In this document: piece by piece, positions 37,573 to 47,620 of the stretch
Layout: each line of letters begins with the position of its first letter
How positions within the stretch are numbered: position 1 is the stretch's first letter
Origin: Patescibacteria group bacterium
GTDB taxonomy: Bacteria > Patescibacteriota > Microgenomatia > UBA10105 > UBA927
Direction: 5' to 3'
DNA length: 64,000 nucleotides
NCBI GenBank assembly: GCA_023379025.1
Contig: JAMCTH010000005.1
Coordinates: 20,663 to 84,662, forward strand
Notes under the pieces: generated by a model
Database searches by the model: none
What the model saw: only the letters and a program-made list of their open reading frames with translations
What the model was told of the DNA's origin: nothing
Position numbers and translations under genes: made by a program

Positions 37573-38052
37573 CTATGGCAATAAATCCCATGGACTCGGT
37601 TCCTCCGGCGCAAGCCGTATACGGTCCTGATGCTCGGGGGAAAAGACGCCTGGTATCATAACAAAGGGAAGATAGCCGATGGCATTGTCCTCTTGATCAT
37701 CGATAAACAGCCAGACCCCTATGACATACTCGTCTCCGAGCTCCTGAGCCTCACGGGCATGTTGTTTCTCGTGAACAATTCGTTCCGTATATCCCTCCGC
37801 CCCGAGAAAAACCAGAAATCGCTCCAATACGTCGAACGAGCCGAACGTATACATGTCCCGGTCAAAATGGACGCGGTCCTTCCATACTTCGCACAGAGCC
37901 GTAATGCGACCTGTTAGTTCGTCTGAGGTCATGAGCCCTTGCCGTTCTTTGTGCATCAAGTCCCGTTGAAGGACGAGAAAGTCGTACAGATCGCTATATC
38001 GGGTGGTCGGTCTGATAATATGCGTATCGATTTCTTCTTTAGCGTTCGGCAT
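37573..38052 (-). CDS. Hypothetical protein with HExxH motif (possible metallopeptidase-like)
   Basis: 159 aa containing VHEKQHAREAQELGDEY (HExxH followed by acidic residues); no other recognisable domain. Confidence 0.35.
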   Translation of the reverse strand: MPNAKEEIDTHIIRPTTRYSDLYDFLVLQRDLMHKERQGLMTSDELTGRITALCEVWKDRVHFDRDMYTFGSFDVLERFLVFLGAEGYTERIVHEKQHAREAQELGDEYVIGVWLFIDDQEDNAIGYLPFVMIPGVFSPEHQDRIRLAPEEPSPWDLLP

Positions 38053-38227
38053 ATTCTTTTAAAAATCTGTATTCAAATCTTACTATAACATTCATGAGTC
38101 CGGCCGTGCAGTCTTGTATCTTTTCTGTTTTGGCTTATAATACGCTGTCAGTTCAGGACCTAAACATCAGAGCTTGTTTAGGGTGTCTTACCTGCCTGCT
38201 ATAGTCGTTGCGCCTTAACAACTCCGG

Positions 38228-38330
38228 GTGTCAATCTCGGCAGAGCCGACGGGAAGATAGTCTCTCCTGTCTTTCTCTAGGCTCTGCCGAGAGGACGGGA
38301 GAGGGTTGCATTCGGCACCCAATACGACTT
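38228..38330 (+). other. Candidate structured leader/ncRNA upstream of ORF 38346
   Basis: A 12-bp inverted repeat CTCGGCAGAGCC...GGCTCTGCCGAG closes a ~30-nt loop with repeated GACGGGAAGA/GACGGGAGAG; the GGGAGG SD follows immediately. Confidence 0.25.
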
Positions 38331-38345
38331 TATGTGTGAAGGGAG

Positions 38346-38570
38346 GTGAAACCCGTGCAATCGCCATTAAATCCAAACAGGGAAAAAGCAGCGACTCTCA
38401 TCACAAAGGCAGAAGAGATCGCTGACGAGGTGGTCGACCTGGCTAAAGAGGCTGTCGCGTTGGATCTCGACCCATTGACCGAGACCGACATTAGAGACAT
38501 CGCAAGGAAAGTGGGGAAGGCAGCCGACGCCTATCTTGAAGGATTGGGGATTCAGGTCGAAACAAAGTAG
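38346..38570 (+). CDS. Hypothetical small acidic protein (74 aa)
   Basis: GGGAGG SD upstream; GTG/ATG start ambiguous; predicted helical and highly acidic. Confidence 0.35.
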   Translation: MKPVQSPLNPNREKAATLITKAEEIADEVVDLAKEAVALDLDPLTETDIRDIARKVGKAADAYLEGLGIQVETK

Positions 38571-38693
38571 CCAGACGTCAAAAAAATCCGGAGAATCAAC
38601 CCTCTCCAAATTTTTCCGGCGAAAGGAGAAAAGCCTATCGAGAAATTCCAAATTGGTTATCAAATCGGGATCTTATGACAACGGAGGAATAAA

Positions 38694-38912
38694 ATGCACT
38701 TAACTCGCGCTCAACAGATTTTGCGCATACTCGGCTGGGCTGGGGTGGTATTCCTCTTCGGGCTCACACTGATCCTCGGCGTCCATCCGGAGGTAACCAT
38801 TGGTTTCGGACCGCTCACGATTTCCGCGGTCGTACCAATCGGCGCAACAACGGTCGTCGAGGGACTTTGTCTCTACTTTAAAAAGGGACCAGCAACCCGT
38901 CGGGTTACTTAG
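38694..38912 (+). CDS. Hypothetical small membrane protein (72 aa)
   Basis: GGAGGAATAAAATG start context and two hydrophobic helices; its stop lies inside repeat copy B. Confidence 0.4.
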   Translation: MHLTRAQQILRILGWAGVVFLFGLTLILGVHPEVTIGFGPLTISAVVPIGATTVVEGLCLYFKKGPATRRVT

Positions 38913-38922
38913 GTTCAAACCT
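38893..38922. repeat. Copy B of the two-hairpin element (CAACCCGTCGGGTTacttAGGTTCAAACCT)
   Basis: 26/30 identical to copy C; the 4 central nt differ. Confidence 0.55.
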
Positions 38923-38978
38923 CCAATGATCGATCGTTTGCTTCCCGAAAACATGTAAGAATTCCGCACTAATTCCGG

Positions 38979-39446
38979 ATGTGCTACAATCATCTCGATA
39001 TGAGTGAACCTGAACAAAACAGCACAGTTCAAAAACTCTTAAAGGATTTGTGCTCGCTCTTTCCTCTTCCTGCACTTCACATACGTCAGACAGAATATTA
39101 CATGCCGGAAGCTCATGAACTGAGGAACACGCACCCTGATTGGCCGAGTGTATACTTGGGAAATTTCACCAGGGAACAACTTCAACGAATCAGTGATGAT
39201 GAATTTTTTCCGGTGTATCTCCGGAACTGGGCTTCCATGCTGAGCGATTGTTATCTCAACGAAGACGCGGCTGCTCAAGGAATTGGTGAATTAGCGGAGT
39301 TGCGGCAGCGCGAACAAATCTACGGAAAAGAATTACGTTCCAATTGGTCTTTTCCCGTACCAGAACCCGTTAGAACGTATATGATAGAAAACGGTTTGCT
39401 TCCCGTTAATGCAGATATTGTCCCCAAGGAACTACATTTCGAGTAG
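38979..39446 (+). CDS. Hypothetical protein (155 aa)
   Basis: ORF in the AT-rich part of the island; a TGTGCTACAAT extended -10-like sequence overlaps the first ATG, so the start may be the downstream MSEPEQ codon. No motif recognised. Confidence 0.35.
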   Translation: MCYNHLDMSEPEQNSTVQKLLKDLCSLFPLPALHIRQTEYYMPEAHELRNTHPDWPSVYLGNFTREQLQRISDDEFFPVYLRNWASMLSDCYLNEDAAAQGIGELAELRQREQIYGKELRSNWSFPVPEPVRTYMIENGLLPVNADIVPKELHFE

Positions 39447-39564
39447 AGTGCTTCTTCAGCGTTAACTCCCAGTAGCAAAAATGCAGGGATGTCAAATTCG
39501 TCTTCCTTAGGTAGAAGATCATCGTATCTCGGTCATGGCCTTCTCAATTTTATGAATAGGATTG

Positions 39565-40350
39565 CTAATCTAGAACAGCAATCATACGTTCTGCCTGTAC
39601 TAAAAACGCTTCCATTGTGGAGTCGTTTTGAAGAGTGATAGTCGCAAAATTCCGAATTTCTTCCAGAAGCGCATGTTCTTGTTCCTCTCGTGATTGAAAC
39701 GATTCTACATCTCCGGATCGACTGGAATCCAATAGTGCACGTGCCTCTGCACGCCTGCGTCTCATCTCATAGTCTCTCGCACTATCATCAGGATTCAACG
39801 TGACAAAAATTACGTTTCCAACCGCCTCCTTCGGTCGTCTTGGACCGAATAAAACCAACTTAGTGTAACCCGTTTCGGCCGATTTCAAAATCGCAAGCCT
39901 CACTAAAATATCATCACCGAACATTTCCTTGAAACTAATCCCGACGTCTATTTTATCCTGGTTGTTATTACGATCCTTTCCCCACGCAGTTGCAATATCC
40001 CGCGCCATATCGGAAAACGTGATGAGGTGATAGTTGTGGGCTGCAAAAACTGGCCGTAATGCGTCTTTCCAGGAAAGTTGGTGACCGGCTACTGTCACAA
40101 CATTTACCCCATTCATTTGCGGTCCGAGGCGCTGTACCCTATCCACGACTCTCCCGAAGTGATCAGTAAGATACTCAGTTATACAGACGGTGGATAGTGT
40201 GGGTTCAAACCTCGCCACTCGATTACTTAGATCCTGCATAACCCGGATAAAAAGTTCCTCATGCCTGTCTTTAAGGGTTGACGAAGGTTGAAGTGCTAAA
40301 GCAAGACAGAAATAAAAGAAACAACAACCCGTCGGGTTGAATAGGTTCAA
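39565..40350 (-). CDS. Hypothetical protein (up to 261 aa; true start probably downstream of the ORF-track TTG start)
   Basis: Long minus-strand ORF with no recognisable motif (no P-loop, no HTH seen); its 5' end as drawn overlaps repeat copy C. Confidence 0.4.
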   Translation of the reverse strand: MNLFNPTGCCFFYFCLALALQPSSTLKDRHEELFIRVMQDLSNRVARFEPTLSTVCITEYLTDHFGRVVDRVQRLGPQMNGVNVVTVAGHQLSWKDALRPVFAAHNYHLITFSDMARDIATAWGKDRNNNQDKIDVGISFKEMFGDDILVRLAILKSAETGYTKLVLFGPRRPKEAVGNVIFVTLNPDDSARDYEMRRRRAEARALLDSSRSGDVESFQSREEQEHALLEEIRNFATITLQNDSTMEAFLVQAERMIAVLD

Positions 40351-40354
40351 ACCT
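40325..40354. repeat. Copy C of the two-hairpin element (CAACCCGTCGGGTTGAATAGGTTCAAACCT)
   Basis: 29/30 identical to copy A; it sits 8 bp beyond the ftsZ stop codon. Confidence 0.6.
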
Positions 40355-40362
40355 GTTCTCTC

Positions 40363-41562
40363 CTAACTCCTCTGCCGCAGGAATGCGGGGATGTCGAATT
40401 CGTCTTCCTCGGGCGGAAGATCATCGGAAGCAGACGGGAACGTTGAAGACTGCGCCGGCTGCACCGGAGTTTGCCGTGGCTGAAAATTCTGCGGCTGTTG
40501 CGGCTGCTGAGCCGGTTTCTGATAGACGGAAGTGTTCCCGCCCATGGCGCCGCCCGTCATCGCCCCGCCCATAGCCGGACGCCCCGATAATTCCCGGAGG
40601 CGCTTTTTGGTTTCGTCAAAGCCTGTGGCTATCACCGTGATTTTCACCTGGTCGACCAGGTGGTCGTCGATGGTTGCGCCGAAGATGATATTGGCATCGG
40701 GGTCGACAGCCGCGGCTATCTGCTTAGCCGCCTCATCCACTTCGCTCATGGTCAGGTCCGGACCGCCGGTGATGTTAAACAATACGCCTTTGGCCCCTTC
40801 TATGGAAAGCTCAAGAAGCGGCGATGCGATAGCGGTGCGTGCCGCGGTTGCCGCCCGGTTTTCCCCGACGCCGGTACCGATACCCATAAGGGATGATCCT
40901 GCCTTGGTCATGATAGTCCGGACATCGGCAAAGTCAACGTTTATAAGTCCCGGCATGGTGATAAGATCCGCTATCCCCTGCACCCCCTGACCGAGCACCG
41001 AGTCAGTCACCCTGAAGGCCTCAAGGAGGGTCATTTTTTTATCGATGACGTCAAGGAGCCGTTGGTTGGGGATAACGATGAGGGTATCTACTTTATCCTT
41101 CAGGTTCATGATCCCCTCTTCGGCGGTCACCATCCGCCGCGTTCCTTCGAAATGAAACGGCTTCGTGACGACGCCGACGGTGAGGGATCCGAGCTCGCTC
41201 GCGATCTCCGCAATGACGGGTGTTGCCCCGGTACCGGTTCCTCCGCCTTCCCCGCAGGTCAGGAACACCATATCGGTATCGCGGAGATATTCCTTGATTT
41301 TCTCCCGTGATTCTTCTGCGGCCTGTTGGCCGATGTCCGGATTGCCTCCGGCGCCCAATCCCCGCGTCAGATTTTCCCCGATCTGGATCTTCGTCGTCGC
41401 CTGACAGGTCAGAAGCGCCTGGGCATCGGTGTTGAGCCCGATGAAATCCACTCCCGCAATCTGATTGACACCGATCATGGAGTTGAGGGCGTTGGAACCC
41501 CCTCCGCCGATGCCGATAACTTTAATTTTGGCAAAATGCGCAATATCGGGTTTTATAAGCAT
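40363..41562 (-). CDS. ftsZ: Cell division GTPase FtsZ
   Basis: [14 protein letters not shown], the tubulin signature GGGTGTGA, a T7 loop and a C-terminal Q/P-rich tail ending [10 protein letters not shown]. Confidence 0.95.
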   Translation of the reverse strand: MLIKPDIAHFAKIKVIGIGGGGSNALNSMIGVNQIAGVDFIGLNTDAQALLTCQATTKIQIGENLTRGLGAGGNPDIGQQAAEESREKIKEYLRDTDMVFLTCGEGGGTGTGATPVIAEIASELGSLTVGVVTKPFHFEGTRRMVTAEEGIMNLKDKVDTLIVIPNQRLLDVIDKKMTLLEAFRVTDSVLGQGVQGIADLITMPGLINVDFADVRTIMTKAGSSLMGIGTGVGENRAATAARTAIASPLLELSIEGAKGVLFNITGGPDLTMSEVDEAAKQIAAAVDPDANIIFGATIDDHLVDQVKITVIATGFDETKKRLRELSGRPAMGGAMTGGAMGGNTSVYQKPAQQPQQPQNFQPRQTPVQPAQSSTFPSASDDLPPEEDEFDIPAFLRQRS

Positions 41563-41676
41563 ACCATTTGACGTGAGAGGCAGGACCTCACCGGTCCGGG
41601 CAGAAAGCTGAAATCAGAACTTCGAGAGACTGCGGCAACGGTACGGATACCACATTCCGGATACGTTCCGCACCCA

Positions 41677-42975
41677 TTAGGGCAGAAATGACTTTACCAG
41701 ATCAACCACTCGTCCCGCAATACCCTTGACGGGAATATGCTGGCTGATTTTTCCGATATTTCCGAACATGGTCCCGCCTTCGGACTTTTCCATACGGATG
41801 CCATAGAGAAGAAGTCCCACCGAAGCCGCGTACGCAGGAGTCATAATCTCATCGATCAGTCCGCTTATCCGCGTCGGTGTTGCTATGTGGACCGGCATGG
41901 CAAGGTTTCTCCTTGCTGCTTCCGCTGCACCGACCGTCAGCGCTCCGCCTCCCGTGATGACGACCCCCGACGGCGTCATGCCGCCGAAGCCGCTGCGCTT
42001 GATTTCAAGACCCACCATGGTAAAAATTTCGTTGAGCCGCGGCTTTACGATGCCTTCCACCAATGTTTTTTTCGATACCGTTTTCATCTCTTCCGAAAGC
42101 CCGAGACCGCTCACGTCGAGCTCATCCCCGATTGCATCCTTTTTCTGTTTGGGCTTTTCCTCTTCCGGGAGTATGGGCAGCTTGGGCGCTTCGCCGAGAT
42201 GGATCTTGATTTTCTCGGCGCTTTCAAGCGACACGCGCAGCCCCGCGGCGACGTCTTTGGTGATATTGATGGCGCCGATCGGGATAACGGACGAATACGA
42301 CAGCGCGCCTTCGACAAAGATCGCAACATCCGTGGTGCCTCCGCCGATATCCACGAGTACGACACCGAGTTCTTTTTCCGTATCAGAGAGGCTGGAAAAG
42401 GCGGATGCCAGTCCGCCGAATACCGCAGAGACGACTTCTATCCCAAGCTCCTCCACACACTTGTGGAGGTTCCTTACCGCGGTAGCGCCGCCGGTCACCA
42501 GATGCGTATCAACTTCCAGGCGTACACCGGTCATCCCGACCGGATCCACGATTCCCTCCTGACTGTCTACGACATATCCCCGCGGCAACACATGAAGGAT
42601 TTCCCGTGAAGAAGGGAGTTGTATGGCTTTGGCAGCTTCGATGACCCGACGGACGTCGTTTCCTCCTATTTCCTTATCGGGTTCTGCCACCGCTACAACG
42701 CCGTGCGAGTTCATGGAAGCGATGTGATTACCCCCGACGGAAATATACGCGCGTCCGACCGTCACGCCGGCCATCCGTTCCGCCGCCTCAACGGACTGGG
42801 AGATGACGCCTGTGGCTTCTTCTATGTTGACCACCTGTCCTTTACGAAGACCCTTGCTTGGCACTGTCGACACGCCCAGGATATTTGCCGTCCCCTCTTC
42901 CGTAGCCGAGGCAATAAGCGTCGTAATTTTTGAAGTCCCGACGTCTATGCTGGATAGGACATGGTCACGTGCCAT
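41677..42975 (-). CDS. ftsA: Cell division protein FtsA (actin-like ATPase)
   Basis: SSIDVGTSKITTLIA, DIGGGTTDVAIF and an amphipathic C-terminus; the start is taken at MARDHV, although the ORF track extends to 43032. Confidence 0.9.
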   Translation of the reverse strand: MARDHVLSSIDVGTSKITTLIASATEEGTANILGVSTVPSKGLRKGQVVNIEEATGVISQSVEAAERMAGVTVGRAYISVGGNHIASMNSHGVVAVAEPDKEIGGNDVRRVIEAAKAIQLPSSREILHVLPRGYVVDSQEGIVDPVGMTGVRLEVDTHLVTGGATAVRNLHKCVEELGIEVVSAVFGGLASAFSSLSDTEKELGVVLVDIGGGTTDVAIFVEGALSYSSVIPIGAINITKDVAAGLRVSLESAEKIKIHLGEAPKLPILPEEEKPKQKKDAIGDELDVSGLGLSEEMKTVSKKTLVEGIVKPRLNEIFTMVGLEIKRSGFGGMTPSGVVITGGGALTVGAAEAARRNLAMPVHIATPTRISGLIDEIMTPAYAASVGLLLYGIRMEKSEGGTMFGNIGKISQHIPVKGIAGRVVDLVKSFLP

Positions 42976-43126
42976 AAATGGCGTACGCGGGGATACGTAT
43001 ATCTTCATCCGCCGGGTACGAAATATATACACTAGTATAAAGCGTTTCCTCTGTCCGATACAACAGGTTTATTCTGATATGGTATTCTTTGACCGGCTTC
43101 GTCGGACATAACGCTTTTTGGTGCAA

Positions 43127-43816
43127 TCAAAATGTGACTACTGGTTTGTTGAACCGGAGATCGACGTGCGAAGGCAGCTTACCTTTTATTTTAAACCCCG
43201 CCATAAGGATTTGTAAAGCAGATCCGAGTGTTTTGGTATCGGCATCCTGGGAAAAATAGATGTCCGTTTGCGGCGTTTTTGCAAGAAGCGACGTGCTCTC
43301 ATAAGACGTGATCTCACGGACATCGAGATAGGTCCGTGTTGCATCCAAAAACCCTATACCCGTGAGGACGCGACGGTCCGATACCTGAACGCCTTCAACA
43401 AGCGGCGAGACGGGAAAAATGAGGACCGGCAATCCGCTCTGGCGCACGTCATCAATGACATATCCCTTATCATCCAGGCCGACCGTCCTCCCGTTACTTC
43501 TGAGGACAACAACCGCGTTCCGCGCCAGGACGGTGATCACCAGCGTATGCGGATATTTTTTGGATACGGTTAATGCACCGATAAGCGGATTATCCTCAAG
43601 AATCTGCTTTTTCAGTTTCGATGTTGAAAGAAACAAAAGGCTCTGCGGCAGCGTTTTCTGATTGACGTCCACCTGTACATTCTGCCCGACTACTTCGATC
43701 TTTTGTATGCTGCTCACCGCAAAAAGCAACCGGTATGCAACCCAGACGGCAAGTACCGCTACAATTGCAAACGTCAGAACTCTTCCGGTCTTACGAAGCC
43801 CGCGCCCCCACCTCAT
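43127..43816 (-). CDS. ftsQ: Cell division protein FtsQ/DivIB (POTRA domain)
   Basis: N-terminal TM helix, POTRA-like IQKIEVVGNQNV... and the FtsQ beta domain; the start is taken at MRWGRG, a 4-bp overlap with the murG stop. Confidence 0.7.
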   Translation of the reverse strand: MRWGRGLRKTGRVLTFAIVAVLAVWVAYRLLFAVSSIQKIEVVGQNVQVDVNQKTLPQSLLFLSTSKLKKQILEDNPLIGALTVSKKYPHTLVITVLARNAVVVLRSNGRTVGLDDKGYVIDDVRQSGLPVLIFPVSPLVEGVQVSDRRVLTGIGFLDATRTYLDVREITSYESTSLLAKTPQTDIYFSQDADTKTLGSALQILMAGFKIKGKLPSHVDLRFNKPVVTF

Positions 43817-44967
43817 ACCCCTGCCCCGCGGCGGCGGATCACCCGGTAGCATACCGCAACAATCCGCTCCGCAGCATCGCGGGGCACCGTATATGCATAC
43901 GTTTCCGCGTTTTTCCTGTACGGCTTCATTGCAGTAAACATAGCATCAATACCGGCTGTAAGACTATCCGGCGTAAGCGTCTCCTGGGATAGCATTTCGG
44001 ACGTGCCGGCGGACACAAGGAGTTCGGCATTCTTCTCCTGCTCTCCGCCGCCGGACCACGGAAGCGGGATAAACAGTGCATTCTTGCCGAGGGCGGCGAT
44101 CTCTCCCACGGTATTTGCGCCAGATCTGCCGATCACGAGATTCGCATGATGGTAAATCCAGGCAATATCCGTTTCATCAAAATACCGTGCAACGACGTAT
44201 CTGGAAGCCAGATGCGGCGCAAGTATGTCTTTACGTTGTCGGGCCTTCGTAAGAAAGTGCTGCCCGGTCTGATGGATGATGGTGTACCGCTCTAATAACT
44301 TGGGGAGTGCCTCCGCGACGATCTCGTTGAGGCTGACGGCGCCGGTGGTCCCGCCGGTCACGTAGAGAAGCGGATGGTGGGTTTGCGGCAGGGAAAACGA
44401 CGGCATTAGCGGCGGATGGAAAAGCCCTTTGCGCAGCGGAAGTCCGACAACCATCGTTTTTGCCCCTGACGGACCGGCCTGTCCCCCAGGAAACGAAAGA
44501 AGCACGTGCGACGCCAAATTTCCGATAAGCTTGTTTGCAAGCCCCATCGCCCTCGTCTGCTCATGCGTTATGACCGGTACTCTTCCGAGCCGGGCAGCCA
44601 GGACGACCGGAAGCGCCACGTACCCGCCGAACGACAGGATACAGTCCGGACGGTAACGCCGGACATATCCGTATGCGCGAATACATGCAAACGGTACCTT
44701 GGACAATGAACGTAGTGCTGGGAACAAATTTTCCCGAGAAAATCTTCCGGTATCGAGGGGAAGAAAACGGAGGGATTTTTTCCGAATAATCCTGAATTCC
44801 TCGGAATCGAAGCTATCACCTTCAAATGCACGGGGCCGCCCGACAAAAAAAAGGTTCCAGTCCGGTTTTTCTGACCGGAGCGCATCAATAACCGCGAGAG
44901 CCGGAGACAGGTGGCCTCCGGTCAGAAACAATGTCTGTGTGTGTTCCTTTGTGCCTGTTTTATCCAT
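43813..44967 (-). CDS. murG: Undecaprenyldiphospho-muramoylpentapeptide beta-N-acetylglucosaminyltransferase MurG
   Basis: GT28 N-terminus LTGGHLSPALAV and a C-terminal UDP-GlcNAc-binding region LYVTGGTTGA..., GRSGANTVGE. Confidence 0.85.
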   Translation of the reverse strand: MDKTGTKEHTQTLFLTGGHLSPALAVIDALRSEKPDWNLFFVGRPRAFEGDSFDSEEFRIIRKKSLRFLPLDTGRFSRENLFPALRSLSKVPFACIRAYGYVRRYRPDCILSFGGYVALPVVLAARLGRVPVITHEQTRAMGLANKLIGNLASHVLLSFPGGQAGPSGAKTMVVGLPLRKGLFHPPLMPSFSLPQTHHPLLYVTGGTTGAVSLNEIVAEALPKLLERYTIIHQTGQHFLTKARQRKDILAPHLASRYVVARYFDETDIAWIYHHANLVIGRSGANTVGEIAALGKNALFIPLPWSGGGEQEKNAELLVSAGTSEMLSQETLTPDSLTAGIDAMFTAMKPYRKNAETYAYTVPRDAAERIVAVCYRVIRRRGAGV

Positions 44968-46192
44968 GATGTCTGCTGATGTTCATGAGAATCCCCATCC
45001 CGATAAGCATCATAACAAGCCCGGAGCCTCCATAGGAGATAAGCGGCAACGGCACGCCGGTCAGAGGCACGAGCGCGACCATCGCAGCCAGATTAATGCC
45101 GGACTGTATGCCAAACCACGATCCGATGCCGGCCGCCAAAAGCCTGCCGAACCGGTCCGGCGCGTGAATGGCTATATGAAATGCACGCCAGATCAGGAGG
45201 AGGATCAGAACAAGGAGGGTCGTGCCTCCGACCAGTCCCGTCTCCTCTCCGATAACGGCAAAAATCGAGTCCGTATTGGCTTCCGGCAGATACTCGTATT
45301 TCTGCCGGGATTTCCCGATGCCAAGCCCGAACCAACCGCCGGAACCCAGTCCCAGCATGACCTGGCGCATCTGGTAGGAAGCGCCGAGCGGATCGCTGTC
45401 GGGGTTGAGAAACGTCATGATCCGTCCGGCACGGTACGGGGCGATAAGAGCAACCACCAAAGCCCCGGCGGCAAGAATCGGAAAAAGAAAGAAAAAATGC
45501 CGGACCGCCGCGCCGGAAAGGAAATAGAGCGCGAGCGCTATACCGACGATAATCATCGCGGTTCCGAAATCCGGTTCGATGATAATAAGACCGAAGATCA
45601 TTCCCATGAGCAGTAAGAATGCCAGAAATCTGCCTTTTTCCGCCGTACTGAACCACGCAGACAGATAGAGGATCATGGAGAGCTTGGCCACTTCCGCGGG
45701 CTGCAGGACAAAGAGGCGGAAATTTAACCATCGGTGAGCTCCGAGCGCCCTGATGCCCAACCCCGGAATAAAAACGAGGATGAGAAGACACATCGTCACC
45801 AGAAGAAACGGCAATGCGATCCGGTACAGCCTCCGGTACTCCGTCAGGGAAAATACAGTAAGCGCGGCATACCCTACTGCCATCCACCGGAGCTGGTCCT
45901 TGACGAAGTGGTAGGGATCGGAAAAATCGCGGATAGCAATGGCAACGGAAGAGTCATACACCATAATGATGCCGATGACGGATACCATGAGTACGAGAAG
46001 GACAAGCGCTTTGTCCGGCAGTCCGGAACGGTGTGCGCTCTTCTGAATATCACGGTGATAACCGCGACTGCTTCCGGAACGCCGGCGGTTCAGGAAAGCG
46101 GAGATTTTGTTAGGAGCGCGAGCCATAGGCCGAAAATGGAAAGAATGATGGATATGACCCAAAAGCGCATAACGATTTTCGTCTCCGGCCAC
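44960..46192 (-). CDS. ftsW: SEDS-family peptidoglycan glycosyltransferase FtsW
   Basis: Ten TM helices; LQPAEVAKL, FAVIGEETGL and PLISYGGSG motifs; located between mraY and murG. Confidence 0.85.
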   Translation of the reverse strand: MAGDENRYALLGHIHHSFHFRPMARAPNKISAFLNRRRSGSSRGYHRDIQKSAHRSGLPDKALVLLVLMVSVIGIIMVYDSSVAIAIRDFSDPYHFVKDQLRWMAVGYAALTVFSLTEYRRLYRIALPFLLVTMCLLILVFIPGLGIRALGAHRWLNFRLFVLQPAEVAKLSMILYLSAWFSTAEKGRFLAFLLLMGMIFGLIIIEPDFGTAMIIVGIALALYFLSGAAVRHFFFLFPILAAGALVVALIAPYRAGRIMTFLNPDSDPLGASYQMRQVMLGLGSGGWFGLGIGKSRQKYEYLPEANTDSIFAVIGEETGLVGGTTLLVLILLLIWRAFHIAIHAPDRFGRLLAAGIGSWFGIQSGINLAAMVALVPLTGVPLPLISYGGSGLVMMLIGMGILMNISRHHG

Positions 46193-47139
46193 CCGTTATA
46201 CTGCAGCCAGAGATGGAGCGGCGCTACACTGAAGAGCTTTTTTCCGAAGAATCTCTTGGATACAAGCTGCAGGAAGGAAGACAGAACTTCGACAACAAAT
46301 ACCCCGCCGATGAGGAGAAGGACCGGCCCCTTCCCGAGTATGAGTCCGACGGTAGCAAGCGTTGCCCCGAAAGACAAGGCGCCGACATCTCCGAGAAATA
46401 TGCGCGCCGGATGCACATTGAAGTAAAGGAATGCGAGGATGGCTCCGATCCAGACCGCCAGAAACACGGAGAGCGGTGTGTCCAGGATGGAGGCAGAAAT
46501 AATCCAGAAAGAGAAAAGCGCGATCATAAGGACGCCGCTCGCAAGTCCGTCCAGCCCGTCCGTGATATTGAATGCGTTCGCAAATCCCAGAATAAACAGA
46601 ACGGCGGGAAAGATATACCACCATCCGAGCTGTATGACGCCCAAAACCGGCACGTAGATAATGTCTATCTGAAGGTCCCGCACCATCCAGAATCCGATGA
46701 TGCTCGCCAAAAGTATTTCAAGGACCAGCTTATGACGGAGCCGCAATCCGAAAAACGTCTCATGCGGGAGGACGAACGTTTTTTTTATGTCATCGACCAG
46801 TCCCAAAAGTCCGAACGATACGAAGGTAAACAGAAGTATTTTCACTTCCGCGCGCATGGGGTACACATGGGTGACGGGATACCAAAAATAATGCAAGAGG
46901 AGAAGGATAACCGGCAGAAGGGCGGTCGTAATGGCGATGATGAGGAGCCCGCCGCCGACCGGCGTACCTGCTTTATTTTTATGGAGGCGGTCGAAAATCG
47001 GCGTACGGTTGTTGAAGGCATCAAGCGTTTTTTGCCTGAGCCGCTGGAATTTCAGGTGATACAGGAGGCGGATAAACGGAATAAAGAGGATGCTCGCCAT
47101 AAACCAGGAAAACAACAGCGCTCCGAAAAGTATGATCAT
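46090..47139 (-). CDS. mraY: Phospho-N-acetylmuramoyl-pentapeptide transferase MraY
   Basis: VDDIKK, NAFNITDGLDGLASG (the DDxxD / NxxNxxDGIDGL motifs) and HH near the C-terminus; the start is taken at MIILFG. Confidence 0.9.
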   Translation of the reverse strand: MIILFGALLFSWFMASILFIPFIRLLYHLKFQRLRQKTLDAFNNRTPIFDRLHKNKAGTPVGGGLLIIAITTALLPVILLLLHYFWYPVTHVYPMRAEVKILLFTFVSFGLLGLVDDIKKTFVLPHETFFGLRLRHKLVLEILLASIIGFWMVRDLQIDIIYVPVLGVIQLGWWYIFPAVLFILGFANAFNITDGLDGLASGVLMIALFSFWIISASILDTPLSVFLAVWIGAILAFLYFNVHPARIFLGDVGALSFGATLATVGLILGKGPVLLLIGGVFVVEVLSSFLQLVSKRFFGKKLFSVAPLHLWLQYNGWPETKIVMRFWVISIILSIFGLWLALLTKSPLS

Positions 47140-47155
47140 AATATTCCCCTCGCCT

Positions 47156-47536
47156 CTAGTACCCCAAAAAACGCGGAACGATATGCGGCCAGAAGACAAT
47201 AACAGCGATAACCACCGCACCTATAGCGGTCAGAAGCATCATGCCTGCGGATACGTCTTTGGCGATCTTGGCTTCTTTTTTCCACTCCCGGGTTATAAGA
47301 TCCGTCATGGCCTCAAGTGCCGTATTGACCATCTCCGCGGAAAGACCAAGCACGACGGCAAAAATGAGAAGCACTGTTTCCGTGCGCGACAAGCCGAACC
47401 AAACGCTTCCGGCAAGCACACAGGCGGACAGGATAAGATGTATGCGGAAATTCGGTTGTGTGCGAAACGCCCAGACCATACCCTCGCATGCCGCACGGAA
47501 TGAAACATGATGTCGATGGAGCGTATCTGTAAGCAT
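47156..47536 (-). CDS. dgkA: Diacylglycerol kinase / undecaprenol kinase (DgkA family)
   Basis: 126 aa with three TM helices and SAEMVNTALEAMTD (the DgkA EcNTAIE motif). Confidence 0.7.
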   Translation of the reverse strand: MLTDTLHRHHVSFRAACEGMVWAFRTQPNFRIHLILSACVLAGSVWFGLSRTETVLLIFAVVLGLSAEMVNTALEAMTDLITREWKKEAKIAKDVSAGMMLLTAIGAVVIAVIVFWPHIVPRFLGY

Positions 47537-47620
47537 TGTCTCACATACTAGTATACCCCAAGGAAATTCTGAAATACAATGAAGCTCTCCCGGGCTTCCC
47601 GTACGGCTTCCCGGACCCTG

